Shown here piece after piece: positions 47,547 through 49,555 of a DNA stretch of 49,555 nt (positions are counted from its first letter, which is position 1; each line of letters opens with the position of its first letter). Source of the stretch: Polyangiales bacterium. Lineage in GTDB: Bacteria; Myxococcota_A; Polyangia; Polyangiales; Houyiibacteriaceae. The notes under the pieces were generated by a model that was not told the DNA's origin, ran no database searches, and was given only the letters and a program-made list of their open reading frames with translations. The stretch is from the NCBI GenBank assembly GCA_045106895.1, contig JBGCFM010000043.1, forward strand, positions 1 to 49,555, in the 5' to 3' direction. The position numbers and the translations under genes are program-made.

Positions 47547-48899
47547 CTAAGGGATCGTTTCGTCGACGATGAGGATCGGAGCGCTCTCAGCGGCACGTTC
47601 CACGGACACGTAGTGGACCCCAGGGGTGAGCACGACGGAGAGTTCGTTGTGCGCCGAGGCGACGCAGCTGCTCGCTTCGGGCGAGTCGCCTAGGTAGAAG
47701 AGGTCCGCGTCGTCGCGGTATACACGGAAGTCGAGGGCGATGGCTTCATCGACCTCGATTCGGTACACCTGCTCTTCGCCAGGCTGCTGACTGAGTTCGG
47801 CGCACGAGTAGCCGTCGAGGACGGCGGCCGAAGGTTGCACCACTTCGGCGAATGGAAGAGCTGTGATGTCGAGGGGGGCGTCGCCTTCGGGGCGAGACTC
47901 AAGCTCGACGGGCGTTCGCGAGGCCGCGGCGAGGCCCTGGAGCATCTGAACTGTCCGCAAGTTTCGTTGATTCTGGCCTCGCTGAAGCCCCTCTTCGGAG
48001 AAGTCGCAGGCACGCGCGCGACCTCCATCGAGGAGTACGTTCGGGTGCACTCCGTCGCCGGCGAGGCCTTGGTTGGGAAGAGCCTTGATGGCGGTGTAAA
48101 AGTCGATGTAGGGGAGCGCGAGGGCTTCGGCGATTCCACGTGTGACTTGATTGTATCGCCTCGCCCACTTGTCCATATTCTCATCGTCACCGCGCGGTGT
48201 CGTCGCGGCGAGGACCGGAACGACGCCTCGTCCTTCGAGCTGGTTGATCATGGTCAGAAGACGTTCTGAGTAGCGGCGTGGGTTACGGCCCTGCACATCG
48301 TTGCCGCCCCAGAAAGCGAGCGCCCATCGTGCGTTCGTGATGCGGGCTTCTTGAATGATGCGTGAGGGGCGACCCGTGAGTCCTTGGCGAAGCGACCAGC
48401 CCACTTGTGCGGCAAGGCTCGTCCGACTGAACGATGTTTGTCCTTGAACACGAGGGCTGCGAAAACGCTCGATGGTCGGGCGAAGGGCTTCGAACTCTCC
48501 GAGCTCAAGATCTCGGTCGCGTGAGAGACAGTGCAGGTAAGCACGTGATTCAACGCTCGAGCCTCCCATCTTGGCGAAGACCGTCTCGCTACGCTCGGCG
48601 CGTCCGGCGATGCCGATGATGTGGTTGGTGATCTCCGGGCCAATCGGCGTCACCAGTGGGAGGTCGCGACGCTGAACGATCCGGCTGGGGACCGGCTCTT
48701 CGACGCTTGGCGGGGGAGTCTCGATGGCGTCGTCGAGCTGTACAGAATCGGAGGACTCGGCGCTGGTATCGCTCGGGGTCTCTTCGCCTTGTGTATTCTC
48801 GCTCTCCCCGGACGCCACGCGGACGTCGCCGCCGCACGGAGAAAGAAGCATCGACGTCAGGAGAAGCGTCAACAGGTATGCGCCGGGTGAGGTGAGCAT
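47547..48899 (-). CDS. Exported SGNH/GDSL hydrolase family protein with C-terminal beta domain
   Basis: KMGGSS (block I variant), GGND (block III), DGVHP (block V); hydrophobic N-terminus and acidic linker. Start uncertain (48899 or 48965). Confidence 0.7.
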   Translation of the reverse strand: MLTSPGAYLLTLLLTSMLLSPCGGDVRVASGESENTQGEETPSDTSAESSDSVQLDDAIETPPPSVEEPVPSRIVQRRDLPLVTPIGPEITNHIIGIAGRAERSETVFAKMGGSSVESRAYLHCLSRDRDLELGEFEALRPTIERFRSPRVQGQTSFSRTSLAAQVGWSLRQGLTGRPSRIIQEARITNARWALAFWGGNDVQGRNPRRYSERLLTMINQLEGRGVVPVLAATTPRGDDENMDKWARRYNQVTRGIAEALALPYIDFYTAIKALPNQGLAGDGVHPNVLLDGGRARACDFSEEGLQRGQNQRNLRTVQMLQGLAAASRTPVELESRPEGDAPLDITALPFAEVVQPSAAVLDGYSCAELSQQPGEEQVYRIEVDEAIALDFRVYRDDADLFYLGDSPEASSCVASAHNELSVVLTPGVHYVSVERAAESAPILIVDETIP

Positions 48900-48991
48900 G
48901 AGGCGGGCTGAGCGTAGCAGGGCTTTGCTTCTGCGCGACAGTTCCCGGCGACTCGCTTGCGTCAATGGAGCCAGGAGAACAGCCTCTTGCC

Positions 48992-49399
48992 ATGGTTGAA
49001 GCTCATGAGTTCATCGTCGAGACCCCAGGGCGCGGTCTCATCGACATCACATCGAAGGTGCAGGAGTGTATTCCTAGCGTCGATGTTGGCCTTGCGACGG
49101 TGTTTATCCACCACACGAGCGCGTCACTGATCATCACGGAGAACGCGGACCCGGACGTTCAGGTGGACCTCGGGTCGTTCCTGACCCGCCTCGTTCCAGA
49201 TGGCGACGCGCTCTTCGTGCACACGTGCGAAGGGCCAGACGATTGCCCAGCGCACGTTCGAACGGTTCTGACGCACAACAGTCTTCAGATCCCCGTCAAA
49301 AACGGCCGCTGTGACCTAGGAACTTGGCAGGGAGTCTTCTTGTGGGAGCACCGCTACGCGGCGTTCCGCCGGCGCATCACCGTCACCACCATCTCCTAG
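48992..49399 (+). CDS. yjbQ: YjbQ/UPF0047 family protein
   Basis: FIHHTSASLIITENADPDV, HTCEGPDDCPAH, LGTWQGVFLWEHR. Confidence 0.93.
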   Translation: MVEAHEFIVETPGRGLIDITSKVQECIPSVDVGLATVFIHHTSASLIITENADPDVQVDLGSFLTRLVPDGDALFVHTCEGPDDCPAHVRTVLTHNSLQIPVKNGRCDLGTWQGVFLWEHRYAAFRRRITVTTIS

Positions 49400-49415
49400 C
49401 CAGCGTTGAACGAGC

Positions 49416-49436
49416 GCCGCGCTCTCGGAGCGCGGC
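49416..49436. terminator. GC-rich hairpin between convergent genes (possible bidirectional terminator)
   Basis: GCCGCGCTC-TCG-GAGCGCGGC perfect 9-bp stem. Confidence 0.5.
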
Positions 49437-49447
49437 AAGAGCGTCCC

Positions 49448-49555
49448 CTACATGCCAGGAGGGCAGCGCGGAGCCGACAGACAAGCCGCGAGCTCCGTTC
49501 CGCAGTTTCGCTGAATACAGCTGAAGTCGCCGCAGGTGAAGAGCTGACCCACCGC
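49448..49555 (-). CDS. Partial CDS (C-terminus), Cys-rich
   Basis: My own translation ...AVGQLFTCGDFSCIQRNCGTELAACLSAPRCPPGM*, open from the window edge. Confidence 0.55.
   Translation of the reverse strand, partial: AVGQLFTCGDFSCIQRNCGTELAACLSAPRCPPGM

Overview
GC-rich bacterial chromosomal window, densely coding with about 48 CDS. I found no rRNA, tRNA, CRISPR array or transposase. Gene content points to a myxobacterium (Myxococcota, probably Polyangia-like; this is inference): a Tgl-like pilotin, a receptor-less che cluster with HEAT and GAF genes, and many lipoproteins with acidic DAG/PDA tethers. Main blocks in order: (1) SDR, flavin reductase, lactonase, TetR; (2) YqgE-like, a hypothetical protein, a di-cytochrome lipoprotein and a homocysteine methyltransferase-like protein; (3) LolB/DUF4292-like lipoprotein, Crp, tgl-like, rodZ-like, recO; (4) a nine-gene chemosensory cluster cheY-cheA-cheW-cheW-HEAT-cheR-cheB-GAF-cheY with no MCP; (5) korAB and trpFBA; (6) XRE, a small lipoprotein, dciA, GH92, rsgA; (7) a tightly coupled four-gene exported cytochrome/DUF1501 operon of unknown function; (8) fabG4-like reductase, thiolase, variant ccmH, MaoC dehydratase; (9) SNF2, recQ, rlmKL, SGNH hydrolase, yjbQ. 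The best candidate for an uncharacterised system is the 31.2-36.4 kb heme/DUF1501 operon, together with the atypical CXnCH heme motifs and the non-canonical CcmH. Other notable signals are recurrent leaderless -10 promoters, a 103-nt strand-specific hairpin after the che cluster, and a receptor-like methylation motif in the che-linked GAF protein. All family assignments come from motif recognition by eye; no database searches were run.
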